Assembly (NCBI GenBank): GCA_021799495.1
Contig: JAJZAI010000012.1
Location: 4,292 to 68,291, forward strand
DNA: 64,000 nucleotides
Reading direction: 5' to 3'
DNA from: Deltaproteobacteria bacterium
GTDB taxonomy: Bacteria > Desulfobacterota > Binatia > Binatales > Binataceae
Every line of letters begins with the position of its first letter. The first letter of the stretch is position 1. The notes under the pieces are model-generated. The model ran no database searches. It was not told where the DNA came from and worked only from the letters and a program-made list of their open reading frames with translations. Positions 38,240 to 48,242 of this stretch are shown one piece after another. A program made the translations under genes and the position numbers.

Positions 38240-39136
38240 TCAGTCGATGAATTTACGCGCGCGCAGGAAAGTTTCCATCGCGCGGATACACTCGGCGGGT
38301 TTTTCGATTTGCAGAAAATGGGTCGTGTCCGGAATGAACTCGTACTCGACCGGCGCTTCCGCGGAAATCGCCTTTCCGACCAGCGCCGGGCCGTCGCCGA
38401 ATTTCGGATCCGCGCAAATCAGCTTGACCGCAGCCGGGATGCGCCCGAGCGCGGTCCATCCGGTGGTTTCGCGATTGCTGCGAAAAACGTGCGCCTCGAA
38501 CTCGCGCGGACAGGCGAGCGTCCAGCGCCTTGCGGCAGCGTCGAACCTGAGCGTGGCGCGGGCCATCAGTTCATGCGCGCCGGGAACCCAGTTGGGAAAG
38601 TATTTGCGGAATTGCCGCGCGAGATCCTCCGGATCGGCGAAGTTTTCGTTGCGGCGCGCGGCGCGCTCGGCGATGCCGTCTTCACCGGCGACGTGGCGAT
38701 CGCGCAGCGGATGGCCGTCGCGGGGATAGAACGGCGGATCGAACAGCACCAGCGGATCGAAGCGCGGCCCGTACTGATGCGCATGCATCGTGGCGGTGAC
38801 GGCCGAAAGCGAATGAAAGACGCCGGCGATCGGCTTGCGGCCCAATTCCGCCTCGATCTTGCGATGGACGACTTCGAGGTCACGGATGAAATTCGGCCAA
38901 TTGTGATTGGCGAAGCGATGGAGCGGATTGCGGCCGTGATTGCGGAAATCGAACAGAATCAGTTCGTAGCGCGCGCAGAGCGGCCGCCAGAACGGCAGGT
39001 AGCCGTCGATCGCAAGGCCGTTGCCGTGGCTCAGCGCGAGGCGCGGACCGGCGGGATTGCCGTGCTGGCGGATCCGGATGATCGCCCCGTCGTCCATCAC
39101 GGCGTCAAGCTCATGAATCGGCGCCGGAATTTCCAT
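38240..39136 (-). CDS. Alpha/beta-fold hydrolase
   Basis: The HG oxyanion motif LSHGNGLAIDGY, the nucleophile-elbow-like GVFHSLSAV and the size fit an alpha/beta hydrolase. ATG 39136 is preferred; the upstream part of the track ORF is Arg-rich noise. Confidence 0.65.
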   Translation of the reverse strand: MEIPAPIHELDAVMDDGAIIRIRQHGNPAGPRLALSHGNGLAIDGYLPFWRPLCARYELILFDFRNHGRNPLHRFANHNWPNFIRDLEVVHRKIEAELGRKPIAGVFHSLSAVTATMHAHQYGPRFDPLVLFDPPFYPRDGHPLRDRHVAGEDGIAERAARRNENFADPEDLARQFRKYFPNWVPGAHELMARATLRFDAAARRWTLACPREFEAHVFRSNRETTGWTALGRIPAAVKLICADPKFGDGPALVGKAISAEAPVEYEFIPDTTHFLQIEKPAECIRAMETFLRARKFID

Positions 39137-39283
39137 CGCGCTCAATGCTCCTCGGCGCCGCGCGCGGGCGCGGCGGCATCGGCGATGGTAGCGAAATCGG
39201 CGCGATTGGCAAAATTGCCGGCGGCGGAGATCGCGGTATGAAAACGGATTGCCGATCGCCGGATCCGCGTTTACGCTCGTCGA

Positions 39284-39631
39284 ATGGACAGCGATGACGC
39301 TATCGACAAAGTAATTGTCTCGACGATGAACGATCTGCCCGGCTACGAAGTCACGCAAGTGCTGGGCGAGGTGTTCGGCCTGGTGGTGCGGGCGCGCAAC
39401 GCTTTTTCAAATTTCGGCGCGAGCCTGCGCACGGTTTTCGGCGGAGAGGCGAGCGGCTATACGCGGCTGCTGTCGGACAGCCGCAACCAGGCGATCGAGC
39501 GGCTGCGGCTGGAGGCGATGGAACGGGGCGGCAACGCGGTGTTGGCGATGCGCTTCGATTGCAACGAAATCGCGGGCATGATGAGCGAGATCGCGGCGTA
39601 CGGCACCGCGGTGATCGTGCGCCGGAAATAA
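39284..39631 (+). CDS. YbjQ-family (UPF0145) protein
   Basis: VSTMNDLPGYEVTQVLGEVFGLVVRARN ... GGNAVLAMRFD ... AYGTAVIV is the conserved YbjQ pattern. Confidence 0.8.
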   Translation: MDSDDAIDKVIVSTMNDLPGYEVTQVLGEVFGLVVRARNAFSNFGASLRTVFGGEASGYTRLLSDSRNQAIERLRLEAMERGGNAVLAMRFDCNEIAGMMSEIAAYGTAVIVRRK

Positions 39632-39648
39632 AGCCGCGGCGAATCCTG

Positions 39649-42150
39649 TCAGAGCATGTTGACGGGATCGATATCGATGGCGAGGCGCACGCGATCGCGC
39701 GCGGCCCGCGGCGCGATTTGCGCGCGCATCGCGGCAAGCGCGTCGCGCAGGTGCTTCAGTTCGATCGCCTTCAGCATCACCTGAAAACGGTAGCGCCCCT
39801 TGATGCGCTCGATCGGCGCGGGGGCCGGCCCCAGCACGCGCATCGAGTCGGGTTTCGCATCGCGGGCGAGGGCCGCGGCGGCGGACGCCGCGAGCGCTCC
39901 GGCGCGCGCGGCGTCCATGCCTTCGACCCGCACCAGCGCCAGCCGCGCGAACGGCGGATACATCAGGTCGCGCCGCAGCTCGAGTTCGCGCCGGATGAAA
40001 CGCGCGTAATCCTGATCGCGGGCGGCGCGGATGCTGTAATGGTGGGGGGCGTAGGTCTGGATCAGCACGCGGCCCGGCCGCTCGCCGCGTCCGGCGCGCC
40101 CGGCGACCTGCGTCAGCAACTGGAACGTGCGCTCGGCCGATCGATAGTCGGGCAGATTGAGCGTGAGATCGGCCATCACCACGCCGACCAGCGTAACGCC
40201 GGGGAAATCGAAACCCTTGGCGATCATCTGCGTGCCGACCAGAATATCCAGTTCGCCGCGCGCGAGCCGGGCGAGAATCGCGGCGCGGGCGCCGCGCCGG
40301 CCGCTGGTGTCGCTGTCCATCCGTTCGATACGCGCGTCGGGCAGCAATTCCGCAAGCGCCTGCGCCAGCCGCTCGGTGCCGAAGCCCTGTCCCGCCAATC
40401 CATAGCCGTCGCATTCCGGGCAGCGATCCGGTGCGGCGGCGCTGGCGCCGCAGTAGTGGCATCGCAGCGAGCGATCCCGCAGATGGAACGTCAGGCTGAC
40501 CGAGCAATTGCCGCAGGCGATGACGTTGCCGCAGAGATGGCACTGCAGAAAATTGTGATAGCCGCGGCGGTTCAGAAAAATCACCGACTGGCCGCCGGCG
40601 GCGAGATTCGCGCGCAGCGCGGCGAGCAACGGCGGCGAGAGCGGCACGGCGTCGGGCGGCGGCGGTTCCGCGGACGGCTGGCCTTGGCGATCGCGATCCG
40701 CGGCATGCGGATGCTCGCGCAAGTCGATGATTTCGACTTCGGCAAGCGCGCGATCGCCGATCCGGCGCGGCATCCGCAGCATCCGGTAGCGTCCGCGCCG
40801 CGCGTTGACAAAGGATTCGGCCGAGGGCGTCGCCGAACCGAGAATCACCGGGCAACCGCTGAAACGTCCAAGCGCGACGGCGAGATCGCGCGCGTGGTAG
40901 CGGATGCCTTCCTCGTTCTTGTAGGCGGGGTCGTGCTCCTCGTCCACGACGATCAGGCCGAGGTCGCCCATCGGCGCGAAAACCGCCGAGCGCGGACCGA
41001 TCATGATGCGGCAATCGCCGGCCAGCGCAGCCGACCACGAAGCCCATCGCTCGGCGATGTTCTGCGCGCTGTGGACCACGCCGACTTGCGCGCCGAAGCG
41101 GGCGCGGAAGGCGCGAACGATCTGGTCGGCCAGCGCGATTTCCGGAACCATCACGAGCGCGCGCCGGTTTTGCGCCAGCGCTTCGGCGGCAAGGCGCAGA
41201 TAGACTTCGGTCTTGCCGCTGGCGGTCACGCCCCAGAGCAAAAAGGCCTCGAAGCGGCGATCGCGAAGCGCGGGCGTGACGGCGGCGATCGCGGCGGATT
41301 GATCGGGCGTCGGTTCGTATGGAATTCGAGCGCCGGCCGCGGCGTCGCCGGACCGGACAGCCGGCGCGATTTCCACCAGGCCGCGGGCGGAAAGCGCGCG
41401 CACGACTTCGCGCGCCGCCGGCATCCCAGCGCCAAGCGCGGCAAGCTCGATTCCGTCCGCGCCGGCGCGATCGAGCCGCTCGAGAAGCTCGCGCTGGCGT
41501 GCGCCGCGCACGGGAATCGCGGCGGCTTGCGTGGCGCGGCGCACGACGAGGCTGGCCGCATGCCGATGGCGGCCGCGGGTCGCGTCGCGAACGACGACGA
41601 GACCGTCTCCAACAAGACGCGCGAGCGCGCTCTCGACCTCGCGGCGGTCGCCGAAACGCGCAAGCTGCCGCGCGGTGCGCGGGCGTGCATCCAGCGCGGC
41701 AAGCAGCGATCTCTCCAGGGAACCCAGCGCGGCTGACTGCAACGCGTTGGGCCGCGCGCCGAGCTGGTAGGCGCGGCCGGTTTCGACGCGCGCCGCCGCC
41801 GGCATCACGGCGCGGTAGGCCTCGGCGACGGAAGCCAGATAATAGGCCGAAAGAAATTCGATGAGGCGGATATGGGCGCGATCGAAAAGCGGCGCCGCCT
41901 CCAGCAGCTCGATGATTTCGCGCGGCTCGGCGCCGCCGCTTTCGAGATTCGCGCCGACTTCGGTGACGAGGCCGGTCATCCGGCGCGAGCGCAGAGGAAC
42001 CAGCACGCGATGGCCGCATGCGACGCGTCCGGCGAGGGCGGGCGGAATCGCATAGGTGAGCTGCTCGACCCCGCCCGCCACGCCGACGATTACCACCCGC
42101 GCTCTCATCGCCAGCGACGAATGTATATCGGCGCGGCGCGGCGCGGCCAT
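39649..42150 (-). CDS. priA: Primosomal protein N' (replication restart helicase PriA)
   Basis: LLWGVTASGKTEVYL Walker A, the IVVDEEHD DEAH-type box, and a Cys-rich Zn-binding insert CHLCGNVIACGNCSVSLTFH...CHYCG...CPEC. Alternative start at 42108. Confidence 0.9.
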   Translation of the reverse strand: MAAPRRADIHSSLAMRARVVIVGVAGGVEQLTYAIPPALAGRVACGHRVLVPLRSRRMTGLVTEVGANLESGGAEPREIIELLEAAPLFDRAHIRLIEFLSAYYLASVAEAYRAVMPAAARVETGRAYQLGARPNALQSAALGSLERSLLAALDARPRTARQLARFGDRREVESALARLVGDGLVVVRDATRGRHRHAASLVVRRATQAAAIPVRGARQRELLERLDRAGADGIELAALGAGMPAAREVVRALSARGLVEIAPAVRSGDAAAGARIPYEPTPDQSAAIAAVTPALRDRRFEAFLLWGVTASGKTEVYLRLAAEALAQNRRALVMVPEIALADQIVRAFRARFGAQVGVVHSAQNIAERWASWSAALAGDCRIMIGPRSAVFAPMGDLGLIVVDEEHDPAYKNEEGIRYHARDLAVALGRFSGCPVILGSATPSAESFVNARRGRYRMLRMPRRIGDRALAEVEIIDLREHPHAADRDRQGQPSAEPPPPDAVPLSPPLLAALRANLAAGGQSVIFLNRRGYHNFLQCHLCGNVIACGNCSVSLTFHLRDRSLRCHYCGASAAAPDRCPECDGYGLAGQGFGTERLAQALAELLPDARIERMDSDTSGRRGARAAILARLARGELDILVGTQMIAKGFDFPGVTLVGVVMADLTLNLPDYRSAERTFQLLTQVAGRAGRGERPGRVLIQTYAPHHYSIRAARDQDYARFIRRELELRRDLMYPPFARLALVRVEGMDAARAGALAASAAAALARDAKPDSMRVLGPAPAPIERIKGRYRFQVMLKAIELKHLRDALAAMRAQIAPRAARDRVRLAIDIDPVNML

Positions 42151-42220
42151 ACGCGCCGCGCTGTACGGCGGAATCCGGTTGCGCTACAAGCCGGTTAGTT
42201 CGACGAAGGAGACTCGCGCG

Positions 42221-42991
42221 ATGAAGCTGGAAAACAAGATTGCGATCATCACGGGCGCGGGACGCGGGATGGGCCGCGCGATGGCGCTCCGCTTCGCGGC
42301 GGAAGGCGCGCAGGTCGTCGCCGCCGAGGTCGACCGCGAAAGCGGCGAAGCGGTGATGGGCGAGATTGGCGGGCGCGGCCTGCTGATGCACACCGACCTG
42401 TCGAAAGTCGAGGAAATAGACGAACTGGTACGCCGGACCACCGCCGAATTCGGCCGCGTGGACATCCTCGTCAACAACGCCGGCGTCACCCGCAGCCTCG
42501 GCTTTTTCGACGTGACCGAGGCCGACTGGGACTGGATGCACGCGGTCAACGCGCGCGGCCTGTTTTTCTGCATGCAGCGGGCGGCGCGCGAGATGGCCCG
42601 GCAAAAATCGGGGAAAATTATCAATATCGCGTCGATCGCCGGCAAAGGCTATCGCGGCACGTCGAATATCGCCTACGCCGGCACGAAGGGCGCGGTAATC
42701 GCGATGACGCGCGTGGCGGCGGCGCAACTCGCCCGCCACAATATCAACGTCAACGCGATCTGTCCCGGCGTCACCCGCACGCACATGTTCGACACGCTGA
42801 TGAAGGAGATGGCGCCAAAGCGCGGCGTCAGCGAAGAGGAAGCGGTGCGCCGGCTCGACGCGACGATACCGCTGGGCCGATCGAATTCGCCCGACGATAT
42901 CGCGAAGGTCGCAGCCTTCCTCGCGTCGTCCGACGCCGACAATATAACCGGTCAATCGATCAATGTTGACGGCGGACTGGTGTGGGACTGA
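42221..42991 (+). CDS. SDR-family oxidoreductase (FabG-like 3-oxoacyl reductase type)
   Basis: IAIITGAGRGMGRA, NNAGV, YAGTKGAV (YxxxK) and the C-terminal ITGQSINVDGG. ATG 42221 is preceded by a gaagga RBS. The 42056 track start lies inside priA. Confidence 0.85.
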   Translation: MKLENKIAIITGAGRGMGRAMALRFAAEGAQVVAAEVDRESGEAVMGEIGGRGLLMHTDLSKVEEIDELVRRTTAEFGRVDILVNNAGVTRSLGFFDVTEADWDWMHAVNARGLFFCMQRAAREMARQKSGKIINIASIAGKGYRGTSNIAYAGTKGAVIAMTRVAAAQLARHNINVNAICPGVTRTHMFDTLMKEMAPKRGVSEEEAVRRLDATIPLGRSNSPDDIAKVAAFLASSDADNITGQSINVDGGLVWD

Positions 42992-43030
42992 GTAGAGGAT
43001 TGAGAATAAATCGTTTCTGAAAGGAAAATC

Positions 43031-43492
43031 ATGGAAGCCCGGTATTTCGAGGATTGGAAGGTCGGCGACCGGATCGAAACGCTTTCGCGGACGGTCGGCG
43101 ACGCTGAAATTTCACAGTTCGTGGCGCTTGGCGGATTCTTCGAGGAGTTGTTCATCAGCGAGGAATACGTAAAACGCAAATCGCTGTATCCGAAGCGGTT
43201 CGCTCCCGGCGCGCTGATTTTTTCATTCACCGAGGGGTTGATAATTCTGAGCGGATGCATCCACGGCGTCGGGCTTGCGCTGGTTGGCGTGGACAAGATG
43301 GCCTTCAAACGGCCGCTCTTCGCCGGCGACACGATGCGCGTCACGGTCGAAGTGACGGCGGCGCGCCCGACCAGCAAGGGCGATCGCGGCATCGTGACAT
43401 TCGTCCATCGCGTGCTGAATCAAAACAGCGAGGAAGTGATGGAATGCACCGTGTCGCGGATGCTCAAGGGCCGCAATTACAAGGACGCTTGA
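43031..43492 (+). CDS. MaoC-like (R)-hydratase / hotdog-fold dehydratase
   Basis: FEDWKVGDRIET..RTVGDAEISQFVALGG and FKRPLFAGDTMRVTVEV, typical of MaoC dehydratase domains. Confidence 0.8.
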   Translation: MEARYFEDWKVGDRIETLSRTVGDAEISQFVALGGFFEELFISEEYVKRKSLYPKRFAPGALIFSFTEGLIILSGCIHGVGLALVGVDKMAFKRPLFAGDTMRVTVEVTAARPTSKGDRGIVTFVHRVLNQNSEEVMECTVSRMLKGRNYKDA

Positions 43493-43773
43493 CGCCCTAT
43501 TGTCGGCGGTTCAAACGCACCTAGGGTGGGGGGTCTCGATACACCTTCATTAAAGAAGGACGATTGCATCCATTTTCTTAAACAGGGCTTCGGGAAAGAA
43601 TATACGGCAGATCGTCACGATATCAATCGGCGCTTTAATTTATTCCGACAGCTTTTCCAATGCATCATTGTGTTTGGCTGTCCGCCGGCTGACTCTTCCC
43701 CGAAACGGGCTTCTCTGGTTGAATCAAAAGCCCCCGGATGCGCCCAAGCACGCTTCCGGGTAAAGTTATCCAG

Positions 43774-44940
43774 ATGTTGCGTTTTCTCACCGCAGGCGAA
43801 TCGCACGGACCCGAGCTGGTCGCTGTTATCGAAGGCGCGCCAGCAGGGTTTGAGATCGATCTGGCCGCCATCAACCAGGATCTTGCGCGACGGCAGAAAG
43901 GTTATGGGCGGGGCGGCCGGATGGCGATCGAGCGGGACGAGGCGCGGGTCGTTTCAGGAATTCGATTCGGCCGCACGATCGGCAGCCCGGTTACGCTGAT
44001 CGTCGAAAATCGCGATTTCAAAAATTGGGAAAAGCGGATGTCCGCGAATCCCGCCGATCGCGGCGAGGCCAAGGTCGTCACGCGTCCCCGGCCGGGTCAC
44101 GCCGACCTTGCCGGTGTTCTAAAATACAATCTCGAAGATATCCGCGACGTGTTGGAACGCGCCTCGGCGCGGGAAACCACGATGCGGGTGGCGGCGGGTT
44201 CGTTCGCCCGCCAACTGATTTCGCCTTTCGGCGTGAAAGTGCTCGGCTACGTCGCCAGCATCGGATCGACCGCGGCGCGCGTGCCGCCAAATATCGGCCT
44301 TGATGAGCTTGCGCGGATAACCGAAGAGTCGCAGGTGCGCGTCGCCGACGCCGAGGCGGAGCGGGCGATTATCGCGGAAATCGACGCCTGCAAGAAGGAA
44401 GGCGACACGCTCGGCGGCGTGGTTGAAGTGATTGCCGCCGGACTGCCGGTCGGTCTCGGCAGCCACGTCCAATGGGATCGCAAGCTCGACGGCCGCCTGG
44501 CACAGGCGTTACTCAGCCTGCAGGCGGTCAAGGGAGTCGAAATCGGAATCGGCTTTCAGGCCGCGCGCGTGCGCGGTTCCGAACTGCACGATGAAATCGG
44601 CTACGACGCATCCGCGCGCCGGTTCACCCGGCATTCCAACAACTCCGGCGGCACGGAAGGCGGCATGACGACCGGCGAGCCGATGCGCGTGCGCGTCGCA
44701 TTCAAGCCGCTTTCGACCTTGATGCGCCCGCTGAAGTCGGTTGACCTCAAAACCAAGGCGGAGGCCGTGGGCGCGATCGAGCGGTCCGACGTTTGCGCGA
44801 TTCCGGCCGCCGCCGTGATCGCGGAAACCGTGGTCGCATTCGAGTTGGCGCGCGCATTTATGGAAAAGTTCGGCGGCGATTCGCTGGCCGAAATCACGCG
44901 CAATTACCGCGGCTACCTCGATCAGGTCCGCGATTATTGA
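43774..44940 (+). CDS. aroC: Chorismate synthase
   Basis: MLRFLTAGESHGPELVAVIEG start and the RPGHAD, SARETTMRVAAG and GGTEGGMTTG motifs. Confidence 0.95.
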   Translation: MLRFLTAGESHGPELVAVIEGAPAGFEIDLAAINQDLARRQKGYGRGGRMAIERDEARVVSGIRFGRTIGSPVTLIVENRDFKNWEKRMSANPADRGEAKVVTRPRPGHADLAGVLKYNLEDIRDVLERASARETTMRVAAGSFARQLISPFGVKVLGYVASIGSTAARVPPNIGLDELARITEESQVRVADAEAERAIIAEIDACKKEGDTLGGVVEVIAAGLPVGLGSHVQWDRKLDGRLAQALLSLQAVKGVEIGIGFQAARVRGSELHDEIGYDASARRFTRHSNNSGGTEGGMTTGEPMRVRVAFKPLSTLMRPLKSVDLKTKAEAVGAIERSDVCAIPAAAVIAETVVAFELARAFMEKFGGDSLAEITRNYRGYLDQVRDY

Positions 44941-44956
44941 ACGAAGCGCAGCGGCG

Positions 44957-45532
44957 ATGGCGCCGAAGTTAATCCTGACCGGCTTCATGGCCACCGGCAA
45001 AAGCGTGGCCGCGAAAGCCTGCGCCGAAATTCTCGGCTGGCGCCTGATCGATTGCGACGCCATGATCGTCGCGCGCGCCGGGATGCCGATTGCCGAAATT
45101 TTTCGTGAGCAGGGCGAAGCCTGCTTCCGCAAACTCGAGCGCGAGCTGATCGCGGAACTGGCCGGCGAGAGCCTGCGCTGTCCGCAGTCCGGCCGGCCGC
45201 TGCCCGCGGTTATCGCGACCGGCGGCGGCGCGCTCGTCGATTCCCGCAACTTCGACGCCCTCAGCCGTATCGGCGTGATCGTATGCCTAACGGCGCGGCC
45301 CGAGGTGATTGCGCGGCGCATCGGAGCGGCCGCGGCGTCGCGCCCGATGCTCACGCAAGGCGGCAAACCGCTCAACGACCGAATCGCCGAATTGATTGAA
45401 GCGCGGCGCGAGGCCTACGCCCGCGCGCATCTTGCGGTTGACACTTCCGACCTGACGATCGATGAGACGGCCGCCGCGATTATCGATGCGTTCGGCCGGC
45501 ACGGACGCAAATCATGGGCGACTTCCACGTAA
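44957..45532 (+). CDS. aroK: Shikimate kinase
   Basis: LTGFMATGKS Walker A, DCDAMI, FRKLERE and IATGGGA motifs, in aroC-aroK-aroB synteny. Confidence 0.85.
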   Translation: MAPKLILTGFMATGKSVAAKACAEILGWRLIDCDAMIVARAGMPIAEIFREQGEACFRKLERELIAELAGESLRCPQSGRPLPAVIATGGGALVDSRNFDALSRIGVIVCLTARPEVIARRIGAAAASRPMLTQGGKPLNDRIAELIEARREAYARAHLAVDTSDLTIDETAAAIIDAFGRHGRKSWATST

Positions 45533-46590
45533 ATCTCGGCCCGCACGCCCATCCGGTGCAGGTCGGCGCGGGCGCGCTCGATCGCGTCGGCGAGCTTGCC
45601 CGCGCCACCGGCCTGAAACCGGGCCGCGCCGCGATCGTGACCGATTCGGTTGTCGCACCAATGTATGCCGAGCGCGTGGCGATTTCGCTCCGCGCGGCGG
45701 GTTTCGAGCCGGCGACCGTGGTCGTCGCGGCCGGCGAGGCCAGCAAGTCGCTCGCGACGCTCTCCGACCTGTTCGACCGTTTCGCCGCCGCCGGACTCGA
45801 TCGTTCGAGCGCCGTCTTCGCGCTCGGCGGGGGCGTGGTCGGCGACCTCGCGGGCTTCGCCGCCGCCGTCTGGATGCGCGGTATCGCGGTCGTGCAAATT
45901 CCCACCACGATGCTGGCGCAGGTCGATTCGGCGCTCGGCGGCAAAACCGGAATCAACCATGCGTCGGCGAAAAATCTGATCGGCGCGTTCCATCAGCCGC
46001 GCCTCGTCGTCGCCGACGTCGCCGCGCTCGCGACCCTGCCCGATCGCGCCTTTCGCGAGGGACTCGCCGAAGTGATCAAGTATGGCGCGATCACGGACGC
46101 GCCGATGATCGCCGCGCTGGAAGCCGCGATGCCCGCGATACTGCGCCGCGATCCGGAGACGCTGGTCGAATTCGTCGAACGCTCGCTGCGGCACAAGACG
46201 TTTGTCGTCGAGAACGACGAACGCGAAAGCGGCTTGCGCAAGATTCTCAACTTCGGCCATACCGTCGGCCACGCGCTCGAAGCCTCGGCCGGCTACGGCA
46301 GCCTGCTGCATGGCGAGGCGGTCGCGATCGGGATGGGCGCGGCGACCGCGCTGTCGCGCGCATACGCGAATCTCTCCGAAACCGACGCCGAGCGGCTGCT
46401 CGCGCTGATTCGATCCGCCGGGCTCGAGACCCGGTTGCCCTCCGGATGGCGCGGCGCGGAGTTCGAGCGCGCGCTCAAACTCGACAAAAAACGCGCCGGC
46501 GCCGGCGTCGAATTCGTTCTGATCGACCGGCTCGGCCACGCCTTCACGAAACAACTCGGCTTCGACGAAATCATCTCCGCGCTCGCCTGA
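45514..46590 (+). CDS. aroB: 3-dehydroquinate synthase
   Basis: FALGGGVVGDLAGFAAA, IPTTMLAQVDSALGGKTGINH and NFGHTVGHALE. Overlaps aroK by 19 nt. Confidence 0.92.
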   Translation: MGDFHVNLGPHAHPVQVGAGALDRVGELARATGLKPGRAAIVTDSVVAPMYAERVAISLRAAGFEPATVVVAAGEASKSLATLSDLFDRFAAAGLDRSSAVFALGGGVVGDLAGFAAAVWMRGIAVVQIPTTMLAQVDSALGGKTGINHASAKNLIGAFHQPRLVVADVAALATLPDRAFREGLAEVIKYGAITDAPMIAALEAAMPAILRRDPETLVEFVERSLRHKTFVVENDERESGLRKILNFGHTVGHALEASAGYGSLLHGEAVAIGMGAATALSRAYANLSETDAERLLALIRSAGLETRLPSGWRGAEFERALKLDKKRAGAGVEFVLIDRLGHAFTKQLGFDEIISALA

Positions 46591-46608
46591 CGGCGCGTCT
46601 CCAGCGCG

Positions 46609-46642
46609 AAAAAAAACGGGAAGGGCCGCATCGCCCCTCCCG
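46609..46642 (-). terminator. Rho-independent terminator of the phosphotriesterase-like gene
   Basis: On the minus strand, stem cgggagggg/ccccttcccg-type (46617-46625 pairs with 46634-46642, one mismatch) with an 8-nt loop. It is followed by a run of 8 U (46609-46616). Confidence 0.6.
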
Positions 46643-46666
46643 TCCGAATCGATCCCGGCGCGCCGC

Positions 46667-47623
46667 TCAGGCCTCGAAGTAGCGCCGCGGATTCTCGACC
46701 ATCATCGCGTCGATCTTGCGCTGGGTCACTCCGGCTTCCTTCAGCGCCGGCACGATATGTTTGAAAATGTGCGTCGGGTTCCAGTTCTCGATCAGCTTGC
46801 GGGTCTTTTCGTCCATGTCCGGCAATCCTTTGCCGAGCCAACACGCGACCGAATCATGCGACAGCACGAGTTGCTTTTCGAAACCAACTCCGACCAGCCC
46901 GATCAGCGCCGCCAGCCGCAGGCGGTCCGGATGCAAAAAGTCGAGTCCGAAACGATCGAAGCCCAAATAGCATCCACGATCGAGCATGTCAGTGTGGTAG
47001 CGCAGGTCGGAGGCGCCGCAGCTATGGCCGATCACGACGTGCGCGAAATCCACGCCTTCCGACGCGAATATGTCGAGCTGCTCGCGGCCCATCGTGCCTT
47101 CGTCGGTATGCGTCGTGATCGGCGCGCCGGTGCGCTTCGACGCGCGCGCCGCCGCGCGCAGGCACTTCTCTTCGTACTCGGTAATCCGGTCCTTGCCGGT
47201 CGCGCACTTGATAATGCCGGCCCTGATTCCGGTCTCGCCGATTCCCCTGGTCAATTCGGTCGCGTAAACGTCGGCGATTTCCTCGATCGAGCGCTGCTTG
47301 AAATACGGCGTATTGCCGAGGTCTTCCTTGTACAGACCGGTCGCGCAAATCACGTTGATTCCGGTCTTTTCGGCGACTTCGGCCATGAACACGACGTCGC
47401 GCCCGATATCGTTCGGACACGGATCGACGAACGTGCTCAGCCCCAGGTCCTTCAGCTCCTTGAGCCGCTCGCTCGCCTGCGTGAGCGCCGTCTTGCGATC
47501 GAAGCGGGGCGCCGTGCAATCCAGCTCCCATCCGGCCCAGCCGATCAGCAGATGCTCATGCATCAGCGTGACGCCGAGTTTGTCCGTGTTTACCGTGCCG
47601 GTGACTGTATTGATCGTTTTCAT
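46667..47623 (-). CDS. Phosphotriesterase-related protein (PTER / aryldialkylphosphatase family amidohydrolase)
   Basis: LGVTLMHEHLLIG (HxH metal site), IKCATG, ITTHT and VIGHS motifs. Confidence 0.85.
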   Translation of the reverse strand: MKTINTVTGTVNTDKLGVTLMHEHLLIGWAGWELDCTAPRFDRKTALTQASERLKELKDLGLSTFVDPCPNDIGRDVVFMAEVAEKTGINVICATGLYKEDLGNTPYFKQRSIEEIADVYATELTRGIGETGIRAGIIKCATGKDRITEYEEKCLRAAARASKRTGAPITTHTDEGTMGREQLDIFASEGVDFAHVVIGHSCGASDLRYHTDMLDRGCYLGFDRFGLDFLHPDRLRLAALIGLVGVGFEKQLVLSHDSVACWLGKGLPDMDEKTRKLIENWNPTHIFKHIVPALKEAGVTQRKIDAMMVENPRRYFEA

Positions 47624-47698
47624 CGCCGCTTCGCTCCCCGAAGCCGCGGCTTTGTCGCCGCGTGTTTGACTTACGCTAGCCGCGCTCCCGCCGCGCCG

Positions 47699-48238
47699 TC
47701 AAACTGCGCGCGCGGCGGCGCGGTCGTCCAGCCAGGTGAACAGCAGAATCATCGCGACCCCGATCGTGATCGCCGAATCCGCGACATTGAACACCGGATA
47801 GCTGAAGCTCGCGTGATGGAAATAGATGAAATCGGTGACCAGGCCTCGCGACAGTCGATCGATCAGATTGCCGATCGTGCCGCCCAGCACCAGGGCGAAC
47901 GCCGCGGCGATCCGCGCCGGCGTCGTCCGCCGCGCCATCAGGACGCCCAGCACCACGATCGCCGCGAAGGAAATTCCCATGAAGAAGCCGTGCCGGAACC
48001 ATTGCGGCATCGTGGCGAACAGGCTGAACGCCGCGCCGGGGTTCCGCGTGTAGGTCACGTCGAGCCAGCCCGGAATCAGCGGCATCGTCTGGTTCAACGC
48101 GAAATGGGCGCGCACGTAGATCTTGCTGAGCTGATCGATCAGCACCACCGGCGCGGTCACGAACGCGAGCATTGGCCCGAGCCAGCTTCGGCCTTGCCGA
48201 TCGCGTCCGGCGCCGGCGGCGGGCGCTGGCCGCGCCAT
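47699..48238 (-). CDS. lspA: Lipoprotein signal peptidase (signal peptidase II)
   Basis: LIDQLSK, NPGAAFS and FNVADSAITIG catalytic Asp motifs. Immediately downstream of ileS as in many bacteria. ATG 48238; alternative start at 48274. Confidence 0.85.
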   Translation of the reverse strand: MARPAPAAGAGRDRQGRSWLGPMLAFVTAPVVLIDQLSKIYVRAHFALNQTMPLIPGWLDVTYTRNPGAAFSLFATMPQWFRHGFFMGISFAAIVVLGVLMARRTTPARIAAAFALVLGGTIGNLIDRLSRGLVTDFIYFHHASFSYPVFNVADSAITIGVAMILLFTWLDDRAAARAV

Positions 48239-48242
48239 CGTT

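Noticed and set aside
37769-39241. A 490-aa + strand ORF opposite the ABC ATPase and the alpha/beta hydrolase.
   Set aside because: It is antisense to motif-supported genes and has low-complexity composition.
39407-42955. A 1182-aa minus-strand ORF spanning ybjQ, priA and the SDR gene.
   Set aside because: Its composition is extremely Arg/Ala/Gly/Pro-biased. It is out of frame with PriA and antisense to two clear + strand genes. It cannot coexist with those better-supported calls.
43493-43773. A 280-nt lower-GC intergenic region before aroC that contains 'ggttcaaac'. I checked it for a tRNA, tmRNA or other structured RNA.
   Set aside because: I could not build a cloverleaf: there is no matching T-stem or acceptor stem around the TTCAAAC, and no tmRNA tag frame or RNase P/6S hallmarks. 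It may still hold a promoter or sRNA, but I cannot support a call.
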